A stretch of DNA of 55,352 nucleotides from an uncultured Bacilli bacterium (GCA_944358405.1 CALVQX010000030.1:1-55352), one strand, 5' to 3'. Shown: positions 29,384 through 41,759, counted from the stretch's first letter. The notes: generated from the sequence alone by a model not told the origin. A program made the numbers and translations.

Positions 29384-29953
29384 ATGGAAAAACAAAAGTA
29401 TTCTATTGCATTTAAAAAGTTTTTTTCCCATCTTCATGTGGTGAATCGACATCGATTTAAGGTGTTTTGTCTTTGCTTTCGAGCAGGAATTCCTTGGCGA
29501 GGATTCCTTCATGATTTGTCAAAATATTCTCCGGTGGAATTTTTCGAAGGGGTTCGTTATTTTTCCGGGGATCATAGTCCTATTATGAATTGTAAAAGAG
29601 AAAAAGGCTATTCTTTGGCTTGGTTGCATCATATTGGCAGAAATAAACATCATTATGAGTATTGGTATGATTATGCTGCTCCTGTTGAAACACCTATCAT
29701 ACCATATCCTTATTTTGTAGAAATGGTTTGCGACTCTTTAGCAGCTGGACTTATTTATCAAGGAAAGAATTGGACGAGGGATTATCAACTTACTTATTGG
29801 CTTAAGACTAGAGAGAAGGCCAGAGTTCATCCTAAAGTAGATTTGTTATTGACTAAAATTTATACTGAAGTTAGTGAAAAAGGAATTGCTTCCGTTATTA
29901 CAAAGAAAAATATGAAAATGTTATATCAAAAATATATGGGCAAATCTATATAG
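29384..29953 (+). CDS. DUF5662 / HD-like protein
   Basis: H...V..HR, HDLSKYS..EF, AWLHH..RNKHH.EYW, EMVCD. Confidence 0.8.
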   Translation: MEKQKYSIAFKKFFSHLHVVNRHRFKVFCLCFRAGIPWRGFLHDLSKYSPVEFFEGVRYFSGDHSPIMNCKREKGYSLAWLHHIGRNKHHYEYWYDYAAPVETPIIPYPYFVEMVCDSLAAGLIYQGKNWTRDYQLTYWLKTREKARVHPKVDLLLTKIYTEVSEKGIASVITKKNMKMLYQKYMGKSI

Positions 29954-29985
29954 ATTTGTTCTTGTTGTTTTTTGTTGGAATATTT

Positions 29986-30026
29986 TTAGCACTCTATATT
30001 GACAAGTGCTAAAAAAGGAGTATAAT
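29986..30026 (+). promoter_or_regulatory. CIRCE (HrcA operator) overlapping the clpB sigmaA promoter
   Basis: TTAGCACTC-N9-AAGTGCTAA (29986-30012); TTGACA-N16-TATAAT. Confidence 0.9.
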
Positions 30027-30047
30027 ATGGTATAGAGAGGTGATAAT

Positions 30048-32150
30048 ATGTATAATAATTATCCACAAGAACAAGAAGAAAATGTTTTAGAAAAATACGG
30101 TCGTGATATTACTGAAGCAGCTAAGAATGGAAAAATTGATCCAGTAATTGGACGTGATGAGGAAATTCGTAGTATTACGAGAGTTTTATCTAGAAAAACA
30201 AAAAATAACCCTGTATTAATTGGTGAACCTGGAGTTGGAAAAACTGCTATTGTTGAAGGTTTAGCATTACGAATTATTAAAGGAGATGTTCCAACTAGTT
30301 TAAAAGGTAAGACAATTTGGGAATTAGATATGGCAGCTTTGGTGGCTGGTGCTAAATATCGTGGTGAATTTGAGGAACGTTTAAAGAGTGTTTTAAACGA
30401 GGTTAAGAAAAGTGAAGGCGATATTATCATGTTTATTGATGAGATTCACATGATTGTTGGTACTGGTAGAACAGAAGGGGCTATGGATACTTCCAATATT
30501 TTGAAACCTATGCTTGCACGGGGAGAAATTCATGTCATTGGAGCAACTACATTAAATGAGTATCGCCAATATATAGAAAAAGATGGAGCCTTAGAACGTC
30601 GTTTTCAAAAGATTAAAGTAAATGAACCAACAGTGGAAGATACGATTACTATTTTGCGTGGGTTGAAAGAACGCTTTGAAATTCATCATGGTGTAACGAT
30701 TCAAGATAAGGCTTTAATTGCTGCTGCGACATTATCTAATCGTTATATTACAGATCGTTATTTACCAGATAAAGCTATCGACTTAGTAGATGAGGCGTGC
30801 GCAACGATTCGTGTACAAATGGATTCCGTTCCTTTTGAACTAGATAATTTAACACATAGAATCATGCGATTAGAGATTGAACGACAAGCAATCAAGAAAG
30901 AAAAAGATGAAATTTCTAAAAAAAGAAAAGAAGACATTGATAAAAATTTAGTTACAATGAAACAGAAGGAACAAGAATTAATAGAGGCTTGGAATAAAGA
31001 GAAAAATTTGAATGAAAATATTCAAAAAAAGAAAAAAGAGATCGAAGAAGCAAGATTTAAATTAGCGCAGGCAGAAAATAAGTATGATCTTGAACAAGCA
31101 GCAATTCTTCGTCATGGTACCATTCCAAAATTGGAAAAAGAGTTAGAGGAGCTAAACAATACAGAGAAAAATAAGATATTAAGTGATACAGTAACAGATA
31201 ATGATATTGCTAAGATTATTGCGAAATGGACGAATATTCCAGTTACTAAATTAATTAGTAGTGAGAAAGAAAAATTATTATCTTTAGAAGATAATATGAA
31301 AAAACGTGTCATGGGACAAGATGAAGCATTGGAATTAGTTAGTGATGCTGTTATCAAATCAAGAAGTGGTATCAAAGATCCAAATAGACCTATTGCTTCC
31401 TTTATGTTTTTAGGTCCAACAGGAGTAGGTAAGACAGAGGTTGCTAGAACACTTGCTTATGAATTGTTTGATGATGAACGCCATATGATTCGTATTGATA
31501 TGAGTGAATATATGGAGAAATTCTCTGTTTCTAGATTAATCGGTTCTCCTCCAGGATATGTAGGATATGAAGAAGGTGGACAGTTAACAGAAGCAGTTAG
31601 ACGTAATCCATATAGCATCGTTTTATTTGATGAAGTAGAAAAAGCACATCCTGAGGTTTTGAATTTATTATTGCAAATTCTAGATGATGGACGTGTTACA
31701 GATTCGAATGGTAGAACGGTTGACTTTAAGAATACCATCATTATTATGACTTCTAATTTAGGTAGTGAGCATATTTTAGATGGTAATACAGATCTAGTAA
31801 TGCAAGAAGTAAGAGAACATTTCCGTCCAGAATTTATTAATCGTATCGATGAAATTATTGTATTTCATCCATTATCTAAAGAGGCAATTGGTCATATTTT
31901 AGATAAGATTATTTCAGATATTGAAAAACGTTTGGCTGATATTAATTTGAAAATTAATTTAACAGATCAAGCAAAACAACAATTGATTCATGATGGTTAT
32001 GATATTAATTATGGTGCGAGACCTTTAAAGAGATTGGTTTCTAGAACATTGGAGACGATGCTTGCTAAAATGATTATTGAAGGCAAAGTTAAACCAAATG
32101 ATACAGTGACTGTGGATTATCAAAATGAAAATTATGTAATTCAAAATTAA
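30048..32150 (+). CDS. clpB: ClpB disaggregase lacking the N-terminal domain
   Basis: Two AAA+ modules ([16 protein letters not shown]), [11 protein letters not shown], coiled-coil M domain, GYVGYEEGG; begins directly at LEKYGRD. Confidence 0.92.
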   Translation: MYNNYPQEQEENVLEKYGRDITEAAKNGKIDPVIGRDEEIRSITRVLSRKTKNNPVLIGEPGVGKTAIVEGLALRIIKGDVPTSLKGKTIWELDMAALVAGAKYRGEFEERLKSVLNEVKKSEGDIIMFIDEIHMIVGTGRTEGAMDTSNILKPMLARGEIHVIGATTLNEYRQYIEKDGALERRFQKIKVNEPTVEDTITILRGLKERFEIHHGVTIQDKALIAAATLSNRYITDRYLPDKAIDLVDEACATIRVQMDSVPFELDNLTHRIMRLEIERQAIKKEKDEISKKRKEDIDKNLVTMKQKEQELIEAWNKEKNLNENIQKKKKEIEEARFKLAQAENKYDLEQAAILRHGTIPKLEKELEELNNTEKNKILSDTVTDNDIAKIIAKWTNIPVTKLISSEKEKLLSLEDNMKKRVMGQDEALELVSDAVIKSRSGIKDPNRPIASFMFLGPTGVGKTEVARTLAYELFDDERHMIRIDMSEYMEKFSVSRLIGSPPGYVGYEEGGQLTEAVRRNPYSIVLFDEVEKAHPEVLNLLLQILDDGRVTDSNGRTVDFKNTIIIMTSNLGSEHILDGNTDLVMQEVREHFRPEFINRIDEIIVFHPLSKEAIGHILDKIISDIEKRLADINLKINLTDQAKQQLIHDGYDINYGARPLKRLVSRTLETMLAKMIIEGKVKPNDTVTVDYQNENYVIQN

Positions 32151-32172
32151 GAGGACAACTTCCTCTTTTTTT
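32149..32172 (+). terminator. clpB terminator
   Basis: AAGAGGA/TCCTCTT followed by a T-run. Confidence 0.7.
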
Positions 32173-32201
32173 GTTATAATAAAAAGTATGAGGAAAGGAA
32201 G

Positions 32202-32702
32202 ATGAACATGAAGAAAGAAGATGAAGAGGCAGTATTACAATATATTAAAACTGGTTTTACAAATGTAGAGGAGAACTTAGTGAATGATCAGGAAGTTACA
32301 CAAATGACCTCTTTTGGTATAAGAAGTAGAAAAACATTTACACTTTTTATAAATAATGAGCTAATAGAGCCATTTTCTTCTTACTATGAACTGTGTCAAA
32401 AAGAAGTGAATGAGGCAGGAGAAGTTCTAGATTTTAATCACTTTTTTGGACAAAAAACTTTATAGGAAACAGTTGGTGCTATAGGAGAGAGTGAATTAGA
32501 AGAGGAAGTAGGTTATTTAAACAATAAAGGAATTACTACTGTGCAAGAGTATGTGGATTTACTAACTTCTATCAATAGAAGATTAGAAAGTGCTCATATG
32601 AAAAATACTCTTTTAATATATGAAAGCCTAACATTTTTAGCACTTTCTAAAAAAGAAGAAAAAAAAGCTATATTAATAAAGAAAAAAGAGGAAAGAAAAT
32701 GA
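32202..32702 (+). pseudogene. Hypothetical gene interrupted by one in-frame TAG
   Basis: 87 codons, TAG at 32463-32465, then 78 more open codons in frame to TGA at 32702. Confidence 0.6.
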
Positions 32703-32860
32703 ACGTAGAAACGTGTCTATTTATGAGAGAAGAGGCTTTGGGAGTAAAAACTTCTGTATTATCTAATGGATTATGAATTAAAGTATCAAATACATTCCTG
32801 TTTAAAAAAGAATAGAAAAAGTAAAATTGTTGTTTATAATAAAAGAAAAGGAGAATATTT

Positions 32861-33694
32861 ATGAAAACATTTGTTAGGGGAATTTTAACTACAGTTTTGG
32901 TTTTTACTTTTGTATTAATACCAACTGTCATTTTTGTGGAAAGTGCTGTGAGTGATGATCTCATTGGTGTCTATGTAAAGGAATTGTTTGTTCAGGAGAT
33001 TGCTGCAGGAATTGAAGATGGTTTTTCTGATTTATCTAGTGAAGATGTGGATCGGTTGAAGGAAGATATCAGGAATAACTCAGAGATCCAAGAGATTATT
33101 ACAAAGTATAGTGATCGAATTATTACGGATTTATCTGCAGAGAATATTGAGGATATTAATCTAGAAGATGATTTGAAGACCATTATTAAAGAAAATAGAA
33201 GCTTTTTTGAAGAGGCCATTGGCAGAGAATTGACAGATGAGAAAATTGATCAAGTGATTGATGATGTTACTCAAGATCAAGATTTTAATGAAACTTATCG
33301 TGAGATGATGACTGATGCACAGGATGAGATGCCTGCAGATAGTAAGGCGATTATAGATGGGTATAATAGTTTAACGTCTTCTCAGTTTATTATTGGTTTA
33401 GGTATTGTTACAGTAGTAGCGATAGTATTGATTGCTTTGTTAAAGAAACCATATTATAAGTGGATCGTCAATGTTGCGATCGCTGGAGTGATTGCTGCTA
33501 TCTTTGTTGCTATTATTGGGGTTAGTATTACTTTTGTATTAAATTTAGTAATGGAATCACTTGATGAGGCATTTGTTATTTCATCTACTCCAATTTTGTT
33601 AACTGCGGGAGCTATGTTTTTGGTTAGTATCATTTTATTTGTTATTAATTCATTTTTAGATAAAAATAAGGCGAAAGAGAATGCTGTATCCTAA
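32861..33694 (+). CDS. Hypothetical membrane protein
   Basis: One N-terminal and three C-terminal hydrophobic segments around an acidic loop. Confidence 0.75.
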   Translation: MKTFVRGILTTVLVFTFVLIPTVIFVESAVSDDLIGVYVKELFVQEIAAGIEDGFSDLSSEDVDRLKEDIRNNSEIQEIITKYSDRIITDLSAENIEDINLEDDLKTIIKENRSFFEEAIGRELTDEKIDQVIDDVTQDQDFNETYREMMTDAQDEMPADSKAIIDGYNSLTSSQFIIGLGIVTVVAIVLIALLKKPYYKWIVNVAIAGVIAAIFVAIIGVSITFVLNLVMESLDEAFVISSTPILLTAGAMFLVSIILFVINSFLDKNKAKENAVS

Positions 33695-34670
33695 ATTTTT
33701 AACTCCTAATTCTGTGATTGGTATTACAGCACCATCTGCAGGAGTCGGAGATCATTTAGAGTCTTATGAACGTTCCTTACAGACATTAAGGCAGGAAGGA
33801 TACCAAATTAAGGAAACTCAGAGTGTTAGAAATCAAGGTATTACATCTACTACTGGGATTCAAAGGGCACAGGAATTAGATGAATTAGTAACTTCTCCTC
33901 TTGCTACTATGATTTTGTGTGCTAGTGGTGGAGATTTTTTGATGGAAATGCTTCCTTTTGTTAATTGGGATCATATTCAAAAGTATCCTAAGTGGATTAT
34001 GGGATATTCTGATCCGACTTCTTTGCTTTATTTTATTACTACGAAACTGGATATTGCAACTCTTTATGGGTGTAATGCCGGAAGTTATGATCAAGAAAAA
34101 TTACATCCTTGTTTAAAGAATAATTTGGAAATTTTATCTGGTCATCTTGTGATTCAACAAAGCTTTGATTATTATCAAAAAGATTGGAACGAAGGAGAGC
34201 ATTGCTATCATTTAACAGAAGTCGTATATTGGGAGACAATTCATCACGATGTAGTAGATGTACGAGGTAGAATGATTGGTGGCTGTATTGAATGTTTGAA
34301 GGATCTGATTGGAACGGTTTATGATGGTACGAAAGATTTTGTTGAAAAGTATCAAGAAGATGGTATTCTATGGTATTTTGATGTTTGTAGTCAATCTGCG
34401 GAAAATTTTTATCAAACCTTATTTCAGATGAAAGAGGCTGGCTGGTTTGAACATATTCGAGGTGTGATTGTAGGACGTGTAGCTTTTCCTAAAAGTTTTT
34501 ATGCAGATTTTACCTATCAAGAAGCACTATATAGGGCTTTTCCTGAGCTACCGATTATCTTTAATGCTGATATTGGTCATCTTCCACCAAAGATGACGAT
34601 TATTAATGGAAGTATGGCACATATTACATGTAAAGATGGTAAAGGATTGATCGAATTTGATTTGATATAA
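33681..34670 (+). CDS. S66 family LD-carboxypeptidase / MccF-like peptidase
   Basis: IGITAPS, SGGD, GYSD, GRMIGG, DIGH. Confidence 0.9.
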   Translation: MLYPKFLTPNSVIGITAPSAGVGDHLESYERSLQTLRQEGYQIKETQSVRNQGITSTTGIQRAQELDELVTSPLATMILCASGGDFLMEMLPFVNWDHIQKYPKWIMGYSDPTSLLYFITTKLDIATLYGCNAGSYDQEKLHPCLKNNLEILSGHLVIQQSFDYYQKDWNEGEHCYHLTEVVYWETIHHDVVDVRGRMIGGCIECLKDLIGTVYDGTKDFVEKYQEDGILWYFDVCSQSAENFYQTLFQMKEAGWFEHIRGVIVGRVAFPKSFYADFTYQEALYRAFPELPIIFNADIGHLPPKMTIINGSMAHITCKDGKGLIEFDLI

Positions 34671-34702
34671 AAAAGAAGTTTGAGGTTATCAAGCTTCTTT
34701 TT
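34669..34702. terminator. Bidirectional terminator
   Basis: AAAAAGAAGTTTGA/TCAAGCTTCTTTTT between convergent genes. Confidence 0.65.
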
Positions 34703-35762
34703 CTTGAAATATTTTTTTATTGTTTAATAGTCTTTCGTCGGTTGGATTATAGTCTAAGGCAAGGTCTACAAAATAGATGGCATAGTTGTATTTTCCTTGA
34801 TAGTAGCAACTAATCGAAAGAAGATCGTAAATTGTTCCATCCCAGCTGAAGGTTTCGTTAATATAGGATTTTAGGTGAGTTCTTATTTGTAGCGCTTTTA
34901 GACAATCTTTTTCTACTTCTTTATAATTTTCTAAGGAATATTCTAGTAGTGCTTTTTCTACATAAGCATCTCGTAAATAGGGAGCTTCTTCTATGGCTTT
35001 TTGATACCATATTCTTGCATTTTCATAGTCTTTTAAATTTTTGTAGCAACGGCCAATAAAACGCATAGAAGCGGCTCTTTCATCTTTCCAAGTTGCTTTT
35101 TTTAGTTGCAAGTGTTTTTTTAATGTATCAATACTTTGTTGCCATTTTCCATAATACATATATTCTCGACCTAGATAATGAGTATTTCGGTCATCTTCTG
35201 GATCTTCTTGAACTGATAATTTTAGTAAGGGAAGGTAACTTCCTCTAGACTTTGTGGGATCAGGGTAATGATTTACGGTGATGCCATCAATTAAAATATA
35301 GTTTTCTTGACCTTGGGTATAGGTTAAGACTTCATGGACTGGATGAGTCCATCGATATCCGTGTCTACAGTGCATTTTTTCAATATAGAAATTTACAATT
35401 GGTTTATTATCTTTATCTAGACTCCAATTGTAGTTATATCTTGCTCTAGTAGTATCTTTCTTCCAAGCGGCTTCTATTTTTTCCCGCCATCCTTTTTCAA
35501 ATACTTCGTCTAAATCTGTACAGACACACACATCGGCATCTTCTGGAACCAAATACAGAGATTTATTTCTAGCAACATCAAAACGCCACGGATCGATAAT
35601 TTCTTGTGTAACATGGACCCCTTCTTCTTTTAGTTTTTCTACTGTATGATCCGTAGAGCCAGTATCTAAGACATAGATTCCATCTGCTTCTTTCATAGAG
35701 TTGACCCAACGCGTTACAAATTGCTCTTCATTTTTAGCAATGGCATATACGTATATTTTCAA
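34689..35762 (-). CDS. GT2 glycosyltransferase with TPR repeats
   Basis: IAKNEE, VLDTGSTD, FDVARN, DLDE, VHE, then TPR-like helices. Confidence 0.9.
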   Translation of the reverse strand: MKIYVYAIAKNEEQFVTRWVNSMKEADGIYVLDTGSTDHTVEKLKEEGVHVTQEIIDPWRFDVARNKSLYLVPEDADVCVCTDLDEVFEKGWREKIEAAWKKDTTRARYNYNWSLDKDNKPIVNFYIEKMHCRHGYRWTHPVHEVLTYTQGQENYILIDGITVNHYPDPTKSRGSYLPLLKLSVQEDPEDDRNTHYLGREYMYYGKWQQSIDTLKKHLQLKKATWKDERAASMRFIGRCYKNLKDYENARIWYQKAIEEAPYLRDAYVEKALLEYSLENYKEVEKDCLKALQIRTHLKSYINETFSWDGTIYDLLSISCYYQGKYNYAIYFVDLALDYNPTDERLLNNKKIFQEKEA

Positions 35763-35879
35763 ATTTTTCTCTCCTTTCTTTAATAATATATGTATAGAAA
35801 TGTCGTATTTTCGTAAAAAAGAGTTTCATTTTTAGAAATTTGTGTTATCATTATATTAGAATAATAGGAGGTAATTATA

Positions 35880-36905
35880 ATGAGATGCGTAGCATTAAAA
35901 GATGTAAAAGAGTTTGAAATAACAGAAATAACGGAACCTGTTTCTATGAATGGGGAAGTTTTGATTGATGTTAAGAAGTCAGGAATTTGTGGTTCGGATA
36001 TTCATTATTGGGATGCAGGAGAGCCTCAGGGATTAGTTATGGGGCATGAGTTTTCTGGAGTGGTAACCAATCCGGGAAATCGTGGAGATTTAAAGGTAGG
36101 TGATAGAGTTACAGCATTACCTATTTCTCCATGTGGTCATTGTGAAGCTTGTTTAACGGGAAATCCTCAATATTGTCCAGAAACTTGGAATCATGCTATT
36201 GGTTTATCTTTGACTAATTCTGGAGCTTTGGCACCAAAAATTGCAGTTCGTTCAGATATGGTACTTCGTCTACCTGATAGTGTATCTGATGAGGAAGCTG
36301 CTATGGTAGAACCAACAGCAGTTGGACTTCACGCAGTTCATTTGGCTAATATTAAAGTAGGAGATAAAGTTTTAGTTATCGGTGCAGGGATTATTGGTCT
36401 TGTTTGTGCTATGCTTGCTAAAATGGAAGGTGCAAGTTATGTTGCAATTTCTGAGACGAATAAAGCTCGTGGAGAAAAAGCGGTTCGCTTGGGAGTAGCG
36501 GATGAGTGGTTTGATGCTAAAGATACTAGATTGATAGAGAATGCTACTAGAATTACGAATGGTGGATTTGATATTGTTTTAGATTGTTGTGGAAATTCTC
36601 CTGCGGTTAGTTCGGCATTGATGGCTGTACATCCTGGAGGAACTGTAGTTTTAGTTGGAGTTTCTTTAGGTACTGTAACAATTCCATCTATTGTTGCTGT
36701 AATGAGAGAGCTTACTGTTCAAGGAGCCATCGCTTATACGAAAGAAGAATTTCAAACTTGTATTGATTTGATGGCAACAAAGAAAATTGATGTGATGCAG
36801 TTTGTTGATGATATCGTTGGTTTAGATGGTGTTCAGAAGGCTTATGAAAGATTAACTTCTGGAACAGATGCAGCAGTTAAAATTTTAGTTGATCCAAATA
36901 AATAA
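35880..36905 (+). CDS. Zn-dependent medium-chain dehydrogenase (sorbitol/butanediol DH-like)
   Basis: GICGSD, GHE, CGHCEAC...C, GAGIIG. Confidence 0.92.
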   Translation: MRCVALKDVKEFEITEITEPVSMNGEVLIDVKKSGICGSDIHYWDAGEPQGLVMGHEFSGVVTNPGNRGDLKVGDRVTALPISPCGHCEACLTGNPQYCPETWNHAIGLSLTNSGALAPKIAVRSDMVLRLPDSVSDEEAAMVEPTAVGLHAVHLANIKVGDKVLVIGAGIIGLVCAMLAKMEGASYVAISETNKARGEKAVRLGVADEWFDAKDTRLIENATRITNGGFDIVLDCCGNSPAVSSALMAVHPGGTVVLVGVSLGTVTIPSIVAVMRELTVQGAIAYTKEEFQTCIDLMATKKIDVMQFVDDIVGLDGVQKAYERLTSGTDAAVKILVDPNK

Positions 36906-36919
36906 ATGGAGAAAGTATT

Positions 36920-38237
<1,318 letters not shown>

Positions 38238-38240
38238 TTT

Positions 38241-40214
38241 TTAGATATTCCAAAAAATTGTAATAGCTCTTTGGTTGTTTTTTATTTTACCTACAGTTAT
38301 CTTATTAATAAATTCATTTACTATTTCTTGTGTTAGGATGTCTTGTTGTTGATAGGAGAAGAATTCTTTTTTCTTTTCATTTATTTGTGATGTTTCTAAT
38401 TCATTTTTTATTACTTCTAATCTTTCTTTTAATCTGAATGCCTTTTCTTTGTATTGTGTTTTTAAAAGTAGAAATTCTTCTTTATCTAATATTCCTTGAA
38501 TTTTATCCTCATATAATTTTTTTAATATGTTTTCATTTGCTTTCATTTGTTTTTGTATTTCTTGTTGTTCTATTTTTATTTCTTGATTTTGATTTTTCTT
38601 TCTTTTTTTCTCTTGATATTTTTTTTCTAATAGATCATGATCATAGTATTTATTTAATAATTGATTAAATTCTTGTAAAATATATTCTTGTAATATATCT
38701 AAGTTGATTGCTTTTTGATTATCACAATTTTTCCACTTATTTTGTTTATCTTTACATAATAGGTATTCTGTTTTTTGATGATTAGAGTAACTGCAATTTT
38801 TATGAAGAATATTTCCACAACAAGCACAATATGCTTTTCCATGGAAGATATGTTTTTTCCCTGTTTTTTGTGCACGACTTTTTTCTTTTAATTTTTCTTG
38901 AATTAAGTTCCAAGTTTTATCATCAAAAATTTTTTCAATTGCTTTTTCTTTTACTACCCAATCTTCTGAGGATGTTTTTATACATTTATGATTTTTATAA
39001 CTAATTCTTTTGGTTTTCCCTTGGATTAAAGTACCATTATAGCTTTTGTCTTTCATCATATGATAAATTGTTTTGCCATTCCAACGATATTTTTTTCTAA
39101 TATTGCAAGAACAAATTATTATTTTATTTGATTGTGTAATTATTTGATAAGTAATTTTTTCTTTATTTTCTAGTAAAGTTAGTTCTAATTCAAATTCTAT
39201 TCTTGCTTGTGGTGGTAAATTTTTAATATTACTAGCAAGGAACCAGACGTTTTTAGGAAGTGTTTTATTATCTTCTATTTTGATCCAAGTATTTTCTTTG
39301 AAGTTTAATTTTTTTTCATTTTCTATATCTTTTTTTGTAGTATAAAATAGTTCTATGTTTTCTGGAATAGAAAGAATTTTGATTTTTATTTTTTTATTTG
39401 GGGGTTTTATTTTATGAAGTGATTTTATTTGCTGAATTTTTTTTGCTTGTTCGTTTTTTAAGGATATTCTTACGATATAAGTACCGGTTTTATTTATATT
39501 GATTTTTTCTTTTGTGATCGGTAATTGTAATTTACAACCATTCATTTGTTTATATTCGTAAGGACAAGGAATTTTTTCTTCTTCTAATATGGTCGCAATT
39601 TTTTCTTGTCCATATCCTGCTAGAATTAAGGAAGCTATCTTTTTTAATACTTTACTAGCTATTGGATCAATTAAAAGATGATTTTTATTTTTTGGATCTT
39701 TTAATAGTCCATATTTGGCAAAAGCTGCAGTTGATTCTCCAGCTTTCCATTTTGATCTTAGGGTTGCTTTGATATTATCTGATAAATCTTCTAAAAACCA
39801 TTCATTCACTAAGGCATTGATTTGACGTTGCTTTTTATTTTCTTTTCTTGTGGTATCAGTATGATCTGTAAGACTGATAAAGCGTATGTTCCATTCTATA
39901 AATTTATTATGTAAATATTTTTCTATTGTTTCTATATCTCTAGAAAATCTGGATTGACTTTTACACAGAATAATATCTATCTTTCCATTTTCACAATCCT
40001 TTATCATTTTTTCAAAATCTGGGCGATATGTTCCTATTCCAGAAAAATCTTCATCACAATAGATGGAGGTTACTTTCCAATCCGGATGTTTTTGTACTTC
40101 TTCTAAAAGCATCTGTTTTTGATTTTTTATACTTTCACTAACCATTGTTCCGGCTTCTTTTTCTATATCTTCTTTCGATAATCTTAAATATAGAACAGTT
40201 CTTTTTATGTTCAT
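38241..40214 (-). CDS. Large serine recombinase (SpoIVCA/TnpX-like) with internal insertion
   Basis: YLRLS catalytic motif, DEDFSG...[18 protein letters not shown]...C...C zinc ribbon, coiled coil, I.I.W C-terminus. Confidence 0.95.
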   Translation of the reverse strand: MNIKRTVLYLRLSKEDIEKEAGTMVSESIKNQKQMLLEEVQKHPDWKVTSIYCDEDFSGIGTYRPDFEKMIKDCENGKIDIILCKSQSRFSRDIETIEKYLHNKFIEWNIRFISLTDHTDTTRKENKKQRQINALVNEWFLEDLSDNIKATLRSKWKAGESTAAFAKYGLLKDPKNKNHLLIDPIASKVLKKIASLILAGYGQEKIATILEEEKIPCPYEYKQMNGCKLQLPITKEKININKTGTYIVRISLKNEQAKKIQQIKSLHKIKPPNKKIKIKILSIPENIELFYTTKKDIENEKKLNFKENTWIKIEDNKTLPKNVWFLASNIKNLPPQARIEFELELTLLENKEKITYQIITQSNKIIICSCNIRKKYRWNGKTIYHMMKDKSYNGTLIQGKTKRISYKNHKCIKTSSEDWVVKEKAIEKIFDDKTWNLIQEKLKEKSRAQKTGKKHIFHGKAYCACCGNILHKNCSYSNHQKTEYLLCKDKQNKWKNCDNQKAINLDILQEYILQEFNQLLNKYYDHDLLEKKYQEKKRKKNQNQEIKIEQQEIQKQMKANENILKKLYEDKIQGILDKEEFLLLKTQYKEKAFRLKERLEVIKNELETSQINEKKKEFFSYQQQDILTQEIVNEFINKITVGKIKNNQRAITIFWNI

Positions 40215-40348
40215 TGTTCTTTTTTATTTTCTTCTGTTCTTAGAATCGTTTTTAATAATTTGCCGTTGAATCTTTTTTTTCGTTCTTCTTCGGTAATGTT
40301 TTCATTATGCCATTGATTTATGATATTATAATTTATTTTTTGCTTCAT
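40211..40348 (-). CDS. 45-aa ORF coupled to the recombinase (candidate directionality factor)
   Basis: [45 protein letters not shown]; AGGAGG RBS; ATGA overlap with the recombinase start; absent from the ORF track. Confidence 0.75.
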   Translation of the reverse strand: MKQKINYNIINQWHNENITEEERKKRFNGKLLKTILRTEENKKEQ

Positions 40349-40365
40349 ATTATCCCTCCTAAAGA

Positions 40366-40421
40366 CACTATATTCTTTTTTAACTTTCGTTATTAATAAT
40401 TTGTTTTTTCTCTCATATAGT
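40366..40421. promoter_or_regulatory. Putative divergent sigmaE/K-type promoters
   Basis: CATATAGT (+, 40414-40421) and AATATAGT (-) on either side of the palindrome TTATTAATAA (40390-40399). Confidence 0.4.
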
Positions 40422-40441
40422 GGAATAGGAGGTTTTCATTT

Positions 40442-41368
40442 ATGAATGTTATCGATCGAGAGTTTCAAGAATTGGTTTCTGAAATTAAGGAATTGAGCAA
40501 GATGGAGATATATTATCGAATTAGAAAAAGTTTTGATGCTATTCCTGAAGAAACAAAGATGAGCTGTAGTAATTTTTTTAATCAATTTGGATATTGGGGG
40601 AGATTAGATGTTTTTTCTTCAAATTATGAAGAAATCGAATTAAAAGCGGAAGCTTTATATGAACATATTGATGATTTTGCTTGGCTTTATGATCAATTAG
40701 GAGATTATCGTTCTAAACGAACATTATATGCTATTTTAAATAATTGGTATCGTTATGATTTTGATACTACTTCTCAAACGAGAGAGTATTTGTATGATGA
40801 TTATTTTGATTTAGATTTGGTTTCTTGTGATTCTAATGAAGTGATTGTGGATTTGGGAGCATATACCGGGGATACTGTTGTTTCTTATCTTCATAATTAT
40901 GGGGAAGATTGCTATAAAAAAATATATTGTTATGAAATTACGCCTGCTGTTTTTGAATTATTACAGGAAAATTTAAAAAATTATGCTAATATTGATTGTC
41001 GTCTTCTGGGAGTAGGGGATCAGGAAGAACAGTTATCTTTGATTTCTAATGAAGTTAGTGCTTCGGCTAATACTTTAAGAAAAGATCTTTGTAATGATGT
41101 GATCATGACTACTTTGGATGTGGATATTGATGATGCAATTACTTTGATTAAAGCTGATATTGAAGGATTTGAATATAAAGCTTTACAAGGTGCTAGAAAT
41201 CATATTTTGAAAGACCATCCTAAATTATTAATTTCTGTTTATCATAATAATGAAGATTTATGGAGAATTCCTAAAATGATTCGAGAACTTTCTAGTGATT
41301 ATCGTTTTTATTTACGTTATCGTAGTTCCCCAATTTATCCAACAGAAATTACTTTCTTGGCTATTTAA
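40442..41368 (+). CDS. FkbM family methyltransferase
   Basis: [26 protein letters not shown]....PKL.ISVYH. Confidence 0.92.
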   Translation: MNVIDREFQELVSEIKELSKMEIYYRIRKSFDAIPEETKMSCSNFFNQFGYWGRLDVFSSNYEEIELKAEALYEHIDDFAWLYDQLGDYRSKRTLYAILNNWYRYDFDTTSQTREYLYDDYFDLDLVSCDSNEVIVDLGAYTGDTVVSYLHNYGEDCYKKIYCYEITPAVFELLQENLKNYANIDCRLLGVGDQEEQLSLISNEVSASANTLRKDLCNDVIMTTLDVDIDDAITLIKADIEGFEYKALQGARNHILKDHPKLLISVYHNNEDLWRIPKMIRELSSDYRFYLRYRSSPIYPTEITFLAI

Positions 41369-41371
41369 ACT

Positions 41372-41400
41372 TATATAGACGCGTGTCTATATATTTTTTT
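41372..41400 (+). terminator. FkbM terminator
   Basis: TATATAGAC-GCGT-GTCTATATA followed by T7. Confidence 0.8.
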
Positions 41401-41429
41401 GTGGTTTATTTCGTGGGAGCAGTTGCTCC
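41397..41429. other. Right attachment junction (P-type arm plus core)
   Basis: TTTTGTGGTTTAT-TTCGTG-GGAGCA-GT-TGCTCC. Confidence 0.88.
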
Positions 41430-41759
41430 AGTAGGACCTGTTGTTCCTGTTGGCCCCGTCGGACCGGTTGATCCTGCACTTCCTGATGTTCCAGGTAGTC
41501 CTTGTGGTCCTGTAGGTCCCGTAGGTCCTGTTGGTCCTGTTGCTCCCGCAGGAATTGAGAAATTTAAAATCGCATTTTGGTTTGTTCCAACATTGCTTAC
41601 TGTAGCTGGTGTTCCTGGATCTTCGGTAGTTGTGATACCGACTGTGATTGTAGCAGGCCCTGTAGGTCCTGTAGGTCCTGTTGGTCCTATGCAGAAAATT
41701 GGTCTTGGTGGTCTAACAGGATGATCACAATTGTTGTTAAAATCGCAGCAATTATTCAT
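41406..41759 (-). CDS. 5' segment of split BclA-like collagen gene (117 aa if unexcised)
   Basis: [23 protein letters not shown]-terminus, GPT repeats that break to APTK-stop right after the core. Confidence 0.88.
   Translation of the reverse strand: MNNCCDFNNNCDHPVRPPRPIFCIGPTGPTGPTGPATITVGITTTEDPGTPATVSNVGTNQNAILNFSIPAGATGPTGPTGPTGPQGLPGTSGSAGSTGPTGPTGTTGPTGATAPTK

Noticed and set aside
30059-31741. Minus-strand ORFs inside clpB, and similar short ORFs nested in other long genes
   Set aside because: Antisense or alternate-frame shadows without RBS or motifs.
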